A stretch of 64,000 bases of DNA. Source: Marsupella aquatica. Taxonomy: Eukaryota; Plantae; Marchantiophyta. This document shows positions 13,001 to 24,511 of this stretch, in pieces. The DNA is taken from assembly GCA_973895155.1 (NCBI GenBank), contig OZ316899.1:3555455-3619454 (forward strand), read 5' to 3'. Both the position numbers and the translations under genes were made by a program. Below the pieces are notes generated by a model that was not told the origin of the DNA, made no database searches, and saw only the letters and a list, made by a program, of their open reading frames with translations. Each line of letters begins with the position of its first letter. The first letter of the stretch is position 1.

Positions 13001-14155
13001 AGCCTCCGCTGCCTCCATGTTGAGTTTGAATTGATGCGAGTACAACTTTATCTTATTCTCACAAAGAATGTAAACAAGTGCTTCTTGTGGCATCTTCTTC
13101 GTATACCATGACCCCTTCCGAGTTTTCAGCCGAATGCTTTCAAACTTCTTGAAATTACCCGGGTCAATCAGTTTACTGTAATACTCAAGGTCATGCGCCA
13201 GAATTCGTTTGATTCTGTCCGCATCCAGGATCCAGGAAGGCTCTACAACTGCTTGGCCAAGCCTACACGAACAAACGTTGAGAGTAAGAGTCAATGAAAA
13301 ACAATTCATGTATAAGCAGCGCCGAGCGGTAGTAAATACAGCACTCGCAAGATTTAAGGAAAGAACTGGAAATCATGAGAACTTACTGATTCACGGTGTG
13401 CATAGCTGCCTCAATTTCAATGAGAGATCCCTTGTCTCCTTTAAATATTGTACAGAGCACACAAGGATGATATTTTGGATTGTCCGGGTTCTCCTCTGTT
13501 ACAAGCGTCTAGGAGTACAGCCTGTGATTTCCATCGAATACAGAGAACATCTTATCCTTCAAGACGAGAAAATCCGGGTCAGCCTCGCATTCAGCCTCAA
13601 ACTTCTCGTTCTCCAATTGCCATATTGGATCCCATGAATCACGAATGTCCTGGGTACAAGTCAGAACAATTCCGTTCTCATCCGTTGGCTGCACATAGAA
13701 ACGCATCCCTATCGAAGAGTTGTAACCCATACTACGAAAAGAGTCTTTCAGCTTCTCGATGGAAGAGCTGTCTTTCTGCAGAGTACGAACCACCTCCATG
13801 TGAACCAATCGACACAGAGGGATTCGAGGCGGCTCCTTGTCAAATCCACGAGAATCCTTTCCAAAAGACATGACATGTTTTGAAATGAGATTAGTCTCAG
13901 CAAGCGCGCAATCCACAACATCCTGGATCGCAATTGTGTCTACGTTGTCCATCTTTCTTCACAAAGGATTTGGACCCAAAACACCGCTGACAGAAGTGAG
14001 CGGCAACAACTTTGAGGAACGAGTTACACGACGTGTATAGACTGAACCAGTAAACGAAGACTGCGAAGATTCAGAATAAGCTCGCTCCTGGTCAGGAACC
14101 GCACTATACCCTCTGGAAGAAGAGGGGAAATCAATACCTCCATCGTCTTCCTTCT
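10048..14155 (-). pseudogene. Spliced ~1200-aa gene: ParB/Srx-like domain + helical domain + beta-class N4C/N6A methyltransferase-like domain; two nonsense transitions in exon 1
   Basis: Exons ~14155-13387, 13262-11929, 11738-10466, 10357-10048 are joined in frame by GT-AG introns. VFDGNHRL (ParB-like), VDAGFIYLPTG (motif IV position) and DIFMDWTAGAGSS...GRFVLGIE (motif I/II). Stops at 13959-13961 (TGA) and 13509-13511 (TAG; W in element B). Confidence 0.8.
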
Positions 14156-15107
14156 AGAAGCGTACGAACTATCGTACAATGAAATTATGGAACTATAATC
14201 ATCTCTGAACGTGTAATATATTCTAGCGGGAGGATGACATAACCTAGAGGAAAGCCATTAGCTCTGATGTTTGGCGGTTTCCAACGTCTGTATACGGAAG
14301 GTTTAATTACCAAAATCAAATGGTAGAAGATGCGTAACACACACGGAAGTCATAAGTTACCGTTGAATGTTACCGTTAAAGACATTTCCTAACATCATAT
14401 CAATACTAGCGCCGAGCGCTAGCATTAATGATGACCATCAAGGTGAACAATTTAGAGTATGCTTATAATAGCGCCCGACGCTAGTATAAACTGGAAGAAA
14501 TTAAGAGGTCTTTTTTGAAGGAGCTATGACATAAATTTCGGCCTTTCCACCCCCATATTTTATTAAAGTATCCTTCAGTACATCGTTTACGGAGAAATAT
14601 TTCTCAAATGTAATACTAGCGCCCGGCGCTAGTATAAATGTTCATTTATCATCCATAATCCATCAAAACCATCCTTTGAAGGCACCATTTATTCCCAATT
14701 ACCACCTGGTATGTGGTCATAATGTTCATTTTCAGGGAATTTATTCTATACTAGCGCCGGGCGCTAGTTTGGAATGTCGAGATTTCAGACACATTTTTAG
14801 TGGCGTATTTTAGTTAGCGCCAGGCGCTACTAAAATTTGACAATACCTTGTCATATCTTATGGTCTGTTTAAGTAAGGTTGGTGATCTTTTTAGCAATAT
14901 GTTTGTGTCTGACATCCGGACTTCTTGGGGAAAAAATGACAAAAATCATTTATGGTGCCAACGGATCCTCCATCGTCAATGTTTTATGTCGTATACAAAC
15001 GGATCGGTTAACGTCAAATTCCCAGGTTCGACAGATATAAGCTGAACAATACCATGAACTTTTCTTCTTTCAAACGCTATAGCCCTCGGTTTTTGTTTTT
15101 GTTCACC

Positions 15108-18100
15108 ATGTCTCGGTCTATCGTTCTTTCTCAATTCGGTTCTGAAGATATTGTGACTATCCCCGTCCCCATGGAAGATACATACAAGCAGGTCCGGGAG
15201 AGGTATCTCTGCGGGAGATTTGATTTGAAGATGAATGACATTGAGGCCATTGTTCGAGAGCTCGAATCCATTGATGATATCGAGGATGCTGCAACGTTCA
15301 ATGTCGATGACGGTGAACGGTTTTGGCATCTATACGCAGGGATCTCATACTCGGTTCGTTTAAGACAGCATGCAGGACTGTCCAGTTTCCCGCCAGTTCC
15401 ATGTGATGTGGTTGAGATTTCTTCAAGTGAGGATGGAGATCGTACTCTAAGTCCACCGTCGAAGAAGAAAAGCCCGCTCCCTGCTGTCGTGAAAGCTGAG
15501 ACTCCGGGAAGCTCTAAGCAGTTGGAGGTCGTGTACCGGCGCAGTGCGATGGATACGTTACTCAAATCAACTGGTCATAGTGAGTTGTCACGGTTCATAT
15601 CAGCGGGTGATTTCAGGCATGAACAAGTGTCCTGTCTGCCAACTAAGTACAATGGTAACGTCGTGTTTGAGTTGCCGCCCATTGATAAGATGCTCTCTAA
15701 AGGCTCTAGGCTTAGGGACATGGATCGTGCCAAAGATTGTTACATTTGGACACGCATATTTCCAACAACTGCAACTGTTCATCGTAAAAACCTTTGGCAG
15801 TTTGGGAAGGTTACCTGTACGGGATTCATTGAATGCAGGAACAAGTCCTGCGACTATTTCCAAAGGAAGAAGAAGGCAAATGCTAAGGCATGGCAGGGTA
15901 CTCCAAAGCTCAGTGGTCAGTATGCTGTGGGATCTTTCATCGAAGAGGGAGGTGTTGTTTGTCATTACTACGAACAGATTCCTTTTTGTGTGAAGTACTG
16001 CCCTGCCCGTTTGTTTTACATGTACCCCCAAGTATTACTTGATGCGGAAACATGTAGTCATATGTCCCGCCTGGAAATTCATATAGGTGAGCACAACCAT
16101 CCAGGTAGAAAAACCTTATGTAGGAGTGCGGAGAAGATAGCTGAGGATCTAATTAAAAAAAACATGAAGCCAATCCTCTGTCAAAACTGGCAGGGATCTT
16201 GAATTCTGCTACAGGGTCCTTAGTGAAATCTCTCTGCGAACATGTTGACGACATGGTCGATATCGAAGAAACTGAAATATGGAAGTCTCTGATGGTCCTT
16301 TCCACTCCGCAGAAGTTTGCATCTCTTTGTCGGAGCGTTAGGATAGACCAAAAAGGTCGGGGTGAATTAGATTTTCTCTCGCAAATGCAGAGGAGGATTC
16401 ATGTGTCGTTTCTCCAGAGGTATTTGCTTCCAGGTCAGGGATGTCAGAACGATAGGCCTCACATCTTTAAAATGACCGTGAAAGGTCACGGTTCCGGTGT
16501 GGATCTTTTGAGGCAGATGCAACCGGGTGGAAGACTCAAAGGAGCCTGGGTAAGTTTCGATGTGATGCAGCGTGTCACCACGGATTGGTTTACTTTCAGC
16601 GCACACGTCTACGACCACAATTTCCGTGCACTGTGTACAATTTTCACATGCGAGTTGAAAGGTGAAGACACTTAGTCTTTTGAAAAGGCATGGAGAGTGA
16701 TGATTGAGGTTTGCAAAGAAAATGAACTTCAGGAGGTTGTCATCCAAGGATTTATGGCCGACAATGCACAAGCTGGATGGAATGCAGTGCGAAATGTTTT
16801 TTTTGGTGGACACCCGGACCCGGAGAGGGAGCGCTCTGATGCATTTCACTTTTATCAATCTTTTCATCGTCATTCCAAGGAAGGAGTACTGGAAGAATGT
16901 CAATCGGAGCATAAGAGACTTTGGGAGAAACTGAGAAATGCTCCATCATTTGTGGCAGCATACCGGGTGTCCCGAGAGATTGTTGTGTGGTGGCAATCAG
17001 GAAACTGTGTCCCGGAAAGCTGAAGATGCTGCAAAGCTGGATATCTTGGTGGGTTGTTCGATGGCGCCAGTGGGGCAATTTTATTCGAGTGGTAAGGCAT
17101 CCATCTATCTAGACTGTAATGTTCATCAACTTCATATTAGCGCCAGGCGCTGGTTATTTTCTCCATACACGTCAAAACAAGTAGTACAAGAAATTGAAGC
17201 CAATATGTAGTTAGAATTCAGTATTAAACATTGAAATTGTATTTCAGGCCTGTTCTACATATTTATGTTGCCAGCGCCGGGCGCTGGTAATAGAATACTA
17301 CTTACGGTTGACATTTTTGTATGGCAGAGCAAAAGCGCTGAGGAAGGTGCCTTGATCCCCAACTGTATAGGGTCAGAATCAAGACATGCATCCATGAAAG
17401 CCTCGGCTACAAAGAAAAAGGTCGGTCTTTATGAAGCTTGCGAAGTTGACCAAAACCGTGCTCTGTCTCAAGTTGCCGGATACAGTGCATACCGTAAAGG
17501 CTTGAACCGGGGGAAGGGGCCAACTATATGGGAATTGGCGTTCCGTTCCGCCGATCAAGCAGGTTCGCCAAGATTGTTTGAAGAAGCGACTAATATGCTT
17601 CTATCTAACGCAACAGAATTCGATTTGGAAAGAAGTACTCCCCTGAATGGAGATATAATGACGAAGTCAATGAAGAGGAAGGGACATGCAATTGGGACTG
17701 TCTCTCCACAAGATTCCCATCGGCATGACACCGTTCTAATAACCACACCAAATACTCGTGGTTTGAAAAGGAAGAACCTGAACAGAACTGATTTTTCTTC
17801 TATTCCCTCAAGTTCTGATCATCCTGTCACAAAGGCGGTGAATCTCTCAGGTATGGTCACATCAGAGAGTGATACTGATTCACTGGACTATACTCCTCAA
17901 ACAACCCGAACAACAAGATCCTCAAAACCTCCGTTCAGTGCCCCAGTAGCACTTCAGAATAAACTTCCACGCACGATTGTGCTAGAGAAGGATGTCCCTC
18001 CGGGGCAGTGGCAGTTGCGACGGACATCGAAGTATGGAGCAGGTCCGCAATGCAATGGTACACTGAATGGGAGTTCGGATCGCGATGAGTGTCAAAATTG

Positions 18101-18857
18101 TATCAAGAAGGTTGGCTTCCATTCGTCTGAAGGTGTTGTCGGAATTGTCGTGAAGGGCCATCGTCTCTTCAGGGGCGAACCCATCTCCGAAATGATTTGG
18201 TTTTGCCCGAACCAAGCGTGTTACAAGAGTCATCCGCGTTGTGGTGTTCAGAAGCTTCCTCCTTTTCCTGACATTTTGCCTGTTCTGAAGGGTACGAGCC
18301 TGTCTCCTTCTGAAATTACATTCCTGGAAGAGCAAGGACTTGTCTTAGCGCGAACAATAGGATTGAGTCGATCTGCGCCATCTGCTTTTGACCTCAGGAT
18401 AAATGTTAACGTGTTCCCAGAAACAATAAGGTTTTTGGAGCCGAATCTCCGACTTGGTAGTCGGAATGGGAGGAACTCAAGGCCTCGGTCTAATCTCACT
18501 GTGGGTCACACGAAGCGAATGGAGTCTGCACGACAAGAAGTGATGAGTTTGGATGGGGAATGGAATGTTCAGACCGGAAATGCTTTTGGAAAGCAATTTT
18601 GAATTCGAACCCATGAGAACCATCGATCACCAAGCACATACTTCATCCAAATCTGTATCTTCCCCGCTTGCTCTTGTGAAGACTTCTTCCTCCGACATTC
18701 GCGTGGCAAGTCGTACATGCCTTGCAAACATCTATACTGGGTGTACATAAATGTTTTCAAACTTGAGATTGAGGAGTCGACTCTTTGTAGCCAACCTATT
18801 TTGACTTTAGGCGAAGTCAGGCTTGTGCTGGAGAGGCAGAACTTGAATGGCTTATGA
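15108..18857 (+). pseudogene. MULE transposase of element A (WRKY/GCM1-like Zn finger, MULE catalytic domain, long spacer, SWIM finger), disrupted
   Basis: C..C...CPA...HIGEHNHP; WVSFDVMQRV / GFMADNAQAGWNAVRNVF / FHFYQ; intron 17092-17327; PACSCEDF...CKHLYWV at ~18660-18745. Frameshifts and stops near 16200, 17021 and 18600. Confidence 0.88.
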
Positions 18858-19547
18858 GAGAGATTGAAACTGCCCAATAGGTCGTCGTTCAATATAACGG
18901 TTATTCCCTATTTTGTCTTTTTCCAACGGATATTTTAGTTGTTTTATTGAGACTTTGTTGGTTAGCGTCGGGCGCTGGTTCTAGGAAACCGGATATTCAT
19001 TGCTTCATTATGTACGTGCATTGTGGAAGAATGACCTCTTGTTTTATTTAAAATGTGTAAGTTGATTAAATTGTCTACTGTCTTCAAAGCCTCGAGGATG
19101 TGATTTGTCATTTGTTTGTGACGTTACAAGGTCCATTTAATCAACTCCTTTAGATTGGGTTCATTTGGACTCCACGATTGACATGTGCTATGGTGGGTCC
19201 CACTCTAAGGGTCACTATTTGGCGATGAAAATAGATTGATTTGCATGAATGTTTCTTTAGGCACACTCCTAATACCATGTTTTTTATCTTCTACAATAAA
19301 TTGTTGTGTAAATGGAGGATTGATAGTACACTTCATCCATCGGATGGCACAAAATAATTGTTTGTTTTAAACTTTATTGCCCCCCCAAAAATTATGCCAT
19401 TAGAGTGGTGGATATGCACGTTATGGTTTAGGCAAAACTGGTAACAGGGACAAGCTTACTGGTAACAGGTACAATTTCCCTGTTAATAGAAAATAAACCC
19501 CTGGTAACAGGTTTTCTGTTTTCTATTTTCTGTCATGGCTATCATAC

Positions 19548-21647
19548 CCGTCTCTCCAAGGCCAGAAAAACCCACCTAGCTGGGACCAGCTTTGTAACGT
19601 TGACACGGGGAAGGGTTCATCGATCAAACCGAGCGTACCACTCAAGAATGACCTCGATGTGGCTAGCAAAATACGCCTTCCCGCCAATGTACAGCGTCTT
19701 CCTTTGCCGCTCCATCTCTTCATGGAATTTCTTAGCGAAGTACAACGCCCACTTCCTAGGTCGATAGTTCTCGACCTGGATAACCTGGGCGGCGAAGATC
19801 TCCCCCTGGGTTCCATCATGTGGAGGGCGTACCTCTGGAACTCCAGTCGCTCAGCTATCTCGGGGATGAGGCAGGTCCTCATCACAAACCCGTTGTCCAC
19901 TGCTCCTTCCGAGGGAAAACTTGAGGATTGGTACTTGGCTCCCTTGCCCCCGGGAGCCCGTGATTCGACTCGATGGTCACCTTCGGGTAATCCAAAGATC
20001 ATCCTGAGCCGTTCTTCCGTGAGGGACATATTCCTTCCCCGCAGCCAAGTATGCTGACGTGTATCATCATAATTCTTGACGAATTCTGTCATGTCCTCCC
20101 CGTAGTACCTGCAAGTGTTCCAGGGCAGAGCGGCGAGGTGCTCGAATCCCTGAGTCTTCAGGTACACCGCATGCTTGGGATGGAGGATGTTCTTATGCAC
20201 GTTTTCCCCCATGCGGTGCATTGTTACCTTGGCCACGGCTACCTGGAACCACGGTCACGGCTACCTTGGCCACGGCTACCTGGTAACCTGGATGCAGTGG
20301 CGGGTTCCTTCCTCTTCTTCCCCCGTGACTGGCTCGGGGAAGGTGACACCTCCCCATCCTCTCGATCGGGCATAGGTAGTACTACCGCCGTTAGTATTGG
20401 TCCCAGGGCGGCCACGGTCACCGTGTTGTCTGCTGGAGCCGCTCCTTGGGTCCGAGCATGGGGAGGGGACGATGCAGTGTCAGCCCCCTGAGTGTTTACT
20501 CCTCTGGGCCACCTGAGCAAGGGTGGGGTAGCCTCGTCATCATTGCTAAGGTCCACAGCGTTGATGACGGAGCGTACTTGTACTGCTGGCGGGGCGATCG
20601 GCGGTGGGGGTTGGCTAGGCTGAGGCTGAGACTGAAGCTGAGCCTGAAGCTGAGCCTGAGCCTGAGTCTGCATTGGTACGGGTACGGGTATGGGGTCCAC
20701 TGGGCTGGCGCCGGTGGTTGCGGGTCTAGTTCCCATGAAGCTCTACAGGTGCTGGTAGAAGTTCTTCAAAGCAAGTGCGGACGACCTTGTCGAACGGGTA
20801 GTGGTGGACTCGCTGTTGATGATAGCCCAAACCTGAGCAGGGATGTGGTCGAAGTGATGTCGTTGCAAGTTGATCATACCCGGGATATTGAAGACCTCGT
20901 CCGGAAGCCGAAGCAATGCTTCCCAGAAACCGATATATTTGTCTCCGTTGAAGAAGTACCCAGATACCTCTGCTGGTCGGTAAAGCTCGCTCTGAGACGG
21001 GTAGTAAAAATTAAGGATGTAGTGGTGTCGTCCTGCTAGGCGGGATGGCTCTCTCGTACTCGCGTTTGATTTCGTATCGGCGCGGGTTGGCGTGTTTCAA
21101 TAAGTCGGCCAAGTGCCTTCCGGTAGATAGGAACTGCGTCCAGAATCGAATAGCCGAGCTGGAGAGGATCGTGTGCAACATTCAGAGGAGATAGTAGTGG
21201 CGACTTAGAGCGAACGAGAGAGCTGGGGTCGAAGCTGGCGCGTGGACTGATGGACTGGTGCACTCCAAAGGGTCGGCTCCCTTTTTATACCTTGAGGGCT
21301 TGCCGATCCCTCGACATCTCCTCGACGCCCATAGGCTGAACCGCTCACGCTTGTGGTGTACCGGCCACTCCGCCAGTCTGAGTCAGCGCATGTCAATGGC
21401 CGCTTCCTTAAGTTTGTTATACGGACCCGAGGGAGGGGCCCCTCCACGCTCGTAACCCGGGTGTGCGAATAGCGACCCATCGCCAGTCCGAACCTGAATT
21501 CCCCCTTATTGCCTAATGATGTCCTACCCATAATGATTACCTAAATACTGTTGTTATGCTAATAATAGCGGCCTAAGACACTCCTAACGCGCGTGCTGAA
21601 CGTAGTTAGACCGAATCACTCATTAACTGCCGTACCGGCGGCGTCAC
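19548..21647 (-). repeat. 5' LTR of gypsy copy 1, 5' portion (right of the MULE A insertion)
   Basis: Matches about 46687-48798 and 1-155; ends CGTCACA exactly at the junction with the Sola sequence. Confidence 0.9.
21281..21291 (-). promoter_or_regulatory. Candidate LTR TATA box (GTATAAAAAGG) ~100 bp upstream of the LTR-ORF ATG
   Basis: + strand CCTTTTTATAC, conserved in copy 2 near 48431-48441. Confidence 0.45.
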
Positions 21648-23920
21648 AATGCACAAGCTCTGTTGGAGGCTTTTTTGACTCAAAATGCAGAGCCCATGCC
21701 TCATATGCCTTATGGAGGGGCACATGGGACAGACTCTATTGAGTACCATCTTCCAACGTGTTACAAGAAGCTAGAGATTCTGGAAGATGTGAGAACAAAG
21801 ATGAAGGAAGAAGGGCTTCCTCCTATCACAGAGAATACTCTCTACAAGATCTGGAGCAACTCATTTGCAAACTTCAGTTTTCATAAAGATGGTGCATTTG
21901 CCAAGTGTACTCTTTGTTGTGAATACAAAGACAGTTTGATGCGAGAAAGAAGGAAAAAAGAACGTGCTGAAATTGAAGAAAAACAAGCGCAACATCTTCG
22001 TGAGAAAATGTCACATAGATATGTTTACTACGCTCATCGAGTAATGGCCAAACAACACCCAAGAGAATATCTTTGCATTATTCACAACAAGATGGATCAA
22101 GCAAAGACATGGATTCCAAAAATGGTTAGTACTCCTAAATCTCTTTCGGGTCATGGAATGCCGCTACCTATTGCTCTCACAGGGATGTTGACTCACGGGA
22201 GGGATCCAGGAGTTTATGCACACTTTAGTGCCATTGGCCTTTGGCCAGGAGATGCTGATTTCACGGTGACATCCTTGGCTAAGTGTCTTCGAGACCTTGA
22301 AGAGTACAATGGAGACAAGAGAGGTGACGTGTTGGATGGCCTTCATTGGGAACCTCAAAGACCTTTCTTTCAAGCCCTACTTGACTTTGAAGCATTTTTC
22401 ACGGGTTATTTGGAACCAAAGAATATACTGGTGAATAGGTATGTTGGTTCTGAAGATGGAGCTGAGAGTCGGACTGAGACCGTCCCAAACCAGCAAGATG
22501 AGGATGATGGAGAAGACATGCATGGAGAGCAAGGCAATCCATTCATTTGTTCAAGCCCTTGCCAAGGCACCTAACATTGCAGATGGATAATTCAGCAAAG
22601 GACAACAAAAACCAGATTGTCATGGCATTCTGTAGCGAACTTGTGAGTAGAGTATTTGAAACTGTTCAAATGTCTTTTCTAATGGTTGGTCATACGCACG
22701 AAGATGTTAATGCACTCTTTTCAAAGGTATCATATCAAGTTCAGCACAAAGAAGTTGCAACCCTCCTTGCTCTTATGGCAGAGGTATGGGAATGCGAGAG
22801 CATTCATCCTGTTCCCATATTGATACAAGAAGTTGCATCTTACAAAGAATATCTTCAAACTTTCAAGGTGAAAGATATTCAAGGTCACTCAAAACCTGTA
22901 TCATTTCTTTTCTCTATGAAAGATAATGTACCAATATTTTAGTATAAGTCCCATGTAAAGCAAGCTTGGGCTCTAGTTGGTGGAAGGTGCATTTGGGCAA
23001 TAGATCTGACAACAAATTCTCTTCTTTTACCTAGTGGAGAGCCCTTAGCTAAATCCATTGGAGAGATACACAAAAATCTGAAGAGATTATCCCATTTCTT
23101 AACAAGTACCTTGATTTTTGAGAAGGAGTTGCACTGATGAGACATCTATAGCATATAAGGAAAGATTTCCTCTTGTGAAATATTGGGAGAGAATTGTGGA
23201 GTTGGTGACAAATGGCCTCGCACTAGAAGGGGAGGGAAGTACTCAATTTCCCTTGAAAAACAGATTTTGGCCTAAGACTAACCACGGCACTGGTTACAAG
23301 GTCAACCAACCGGAACAAAGTGGTCCTCCAAGTGAAGATGAGGAGAATGAAGAGATGATGGCTCTTCAAAATGAGGTCTTGGAAGAGATGGAAGATCAAG
23401 CAGCACCATTTCTTGGATCTCGAGCTGAGAGAGAACAAGGACGATGGATTCCTTTACAGGATATTTGTGAAGGAAAATTTGTATTTCTTTGACCCGAGGA
23501 TGACTGGGAGAATAAAAATGGTGGAGGTCATTTCTGGTCAGTGAGAGCTTTGGGTTTGGTGGACCCAAAGCATGAAGTCCCAACAACATCTTCAACAAAC
23601 CCTTCTCTACCTCGACAATACGCTCCAATGTTCCCAGTTGAATGGTGGAGGCCTAAACACTCTAAACTTGATGTGACTAAGAGTGCGCGGTATCTAAATT
23701 GTTTCATGTCCACTAAGACATGGGAACGAGATCCAGGGTTTGGTGAGAATACTCAACATTGGCAGTATGCAAATTCTACAATGTATGGTCTTAAATCTGG
23801 AATGAAAGGAGAAAACATGGGCAGACAGAGGTTTGAAGATCCCTCGAAATGTTCTACAAACTGTCCAAAATTATCTTCAAAGGATGGACAAGTAGACTTA
23901 GTTGTTAGAAGCTATAATAA
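21648..23920 (+). pseudogene. Sola-like transposase fragment, frameshifted
   Basis: ORF pieces 21663-22574, 22547-22942, 23118-23492, 23541-23924. Confidence 0.75.
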
Positions 23921-24140
23921 TTAAATAGATAGTTACTTGTTTTTATAGAACTAAGATAGTCATTCTTCAAACATAGTAATTTACGTACTAGCTATTTACT
24001 ATTCTAATAGTTTTAATGTGATACTATCTTCTCATTTTCTAAACTTTTGATCATTATGAATATGAATGTTTGCTTTTTCTACATAATTAAAAATATTTTT
24101 CTATTCATTCCTTTCTTTAAAATGATTATAATAAGAGTTG

Positions 24141-24480
24141 GTAGGCAAACGTACACTTTTAAGGCCAAACGTACATTTTGCTGCACTAAAAGCTACACTT
24201 TCTAGACCAAATGCACTTAAATGTACACTTTTTAAGCCAAATGTATGCATTTTTCACTCAAATGTACACTTTCTAGGCCAAATGTACTCAAATGTACACT
24301 TTTAAAGCCAAATGTACCTATTTTGATGTTCAAATTTACACTTTTCATTGTCCAAATGTACACTCTTTAGGCCAATTGTACACTTTTCTATCCCCAAATG
24401 TACACTTTTTATTGGCCAAATGTACACTTTTTCAAGCCCAAAACTACACTTTTCATTGCCCAAATGTACATAAATCAAAT
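24141..24480. repeat. Subterminal tandem array of the Sola-like element (~22-bp unit GGCCAAATGTACACTTTT..)
   Basis: Roughly a dozen AAATGTACA(C)TTT copies; inverted copy at ~44390-44725. Confidence 0.9.
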
Positions 24481-24511
24481 AATAATACACTTTTAATGAA
24501 TAGGTTGATAT

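Larger units (their letters stand above)
8607..18977. repeat. 16 dispersed palindromes (T/C)AGCGCCNGGCGCT(A/G) in MULE A
   Basis: 15-bp copies starting at 8607, 8730, 8832, 9894, 10000, 11795, 11888, 13317, 14407, 14469, 14617, 14752, 14815, 17138, 17272, 18963; all non-coding. Confidence 0.93.
8169..19547. mobile_element. Mutator-like (MULE) DNA transposon A, 11,379 bp, degenerate TIRs
   Basis: 9-bp TSD CCGTCTCTC at 8160-8168 and 19548-19556; the empty site is seen in LTR copy 2 (about 46687-46695). Contains a MULE transposase with SWIM finger. Ends share GACAG(C/A)AAA(C/T)AGA.AACAG. Confidence 0.92.
7107..21181 (-). pseudogene. LTR-internal ORF (~890 codons; segments 19548-21181 and 7107-8168), split by MULE A; N-terminal globular region, Q/P-rich linker, possible plant-mobile-domain/Transposase_32-like region, C-terminal coiled coil
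   Basis: The ORF-track pieces 20239-20736, 19523-20236, 7497-8249 and 7107-7442 join once the insertion is removed. Copy 2 (45946-47040, 47396-47713, 47819-48331) reads across the insertion site (WVFPALERRPQPEARSP). Confidence 0.75.
1..21647 (-). mobile_element. Ty3/gypsy LTR retrotransposon copy 1 (Athila/Tat-like non-chromovirus); 3' LTR cut by window start, 5' LTR interrupted by MULE A
   Basis: gag-PR-RT-RH-INT order on the minus strand. Bases 1-155 are a direct repeat of 21493-21647. Termini TGTCACG (6240) and CGTCACA (155, 21647). PPT and PBS candidates flank the internal region. Confidence 0.95.
21648..24507 (+). mobile_element. Sola-like (DUF7869-type DDD) DNA transposon, 3' part; 5' part displaced by the gypsy copy 1 insertion
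   Basis: Transposase motifs HNKMDQAK, LQMDNSAKDNKN and GHTHEDV. Terminus ...ATAGGTTG is followed by ATAT (24508-24511), where it interrupts the CACTA transposase at RWMYPI. The same terminus is inverted at 44359. Confidence 0.75.

Noticed and set aside
10048-14155. Bacterial or phage contamination (ParB + MTase)
   Set aside because: The gene has conserved GT-AG introns and lies inside a TSD-flanked element nested in a plant LTR.
24141-24480. Tandem array as CRISPR, or the overlapping ORFs 24292-24588 and 44167-44574 as genes
   Set aside because: There are no unique spacers; the ORFs merely read through the subterminal repeat. The tail of ORF 24302-25135 after YPI is the Sola terminus, not TnpD.
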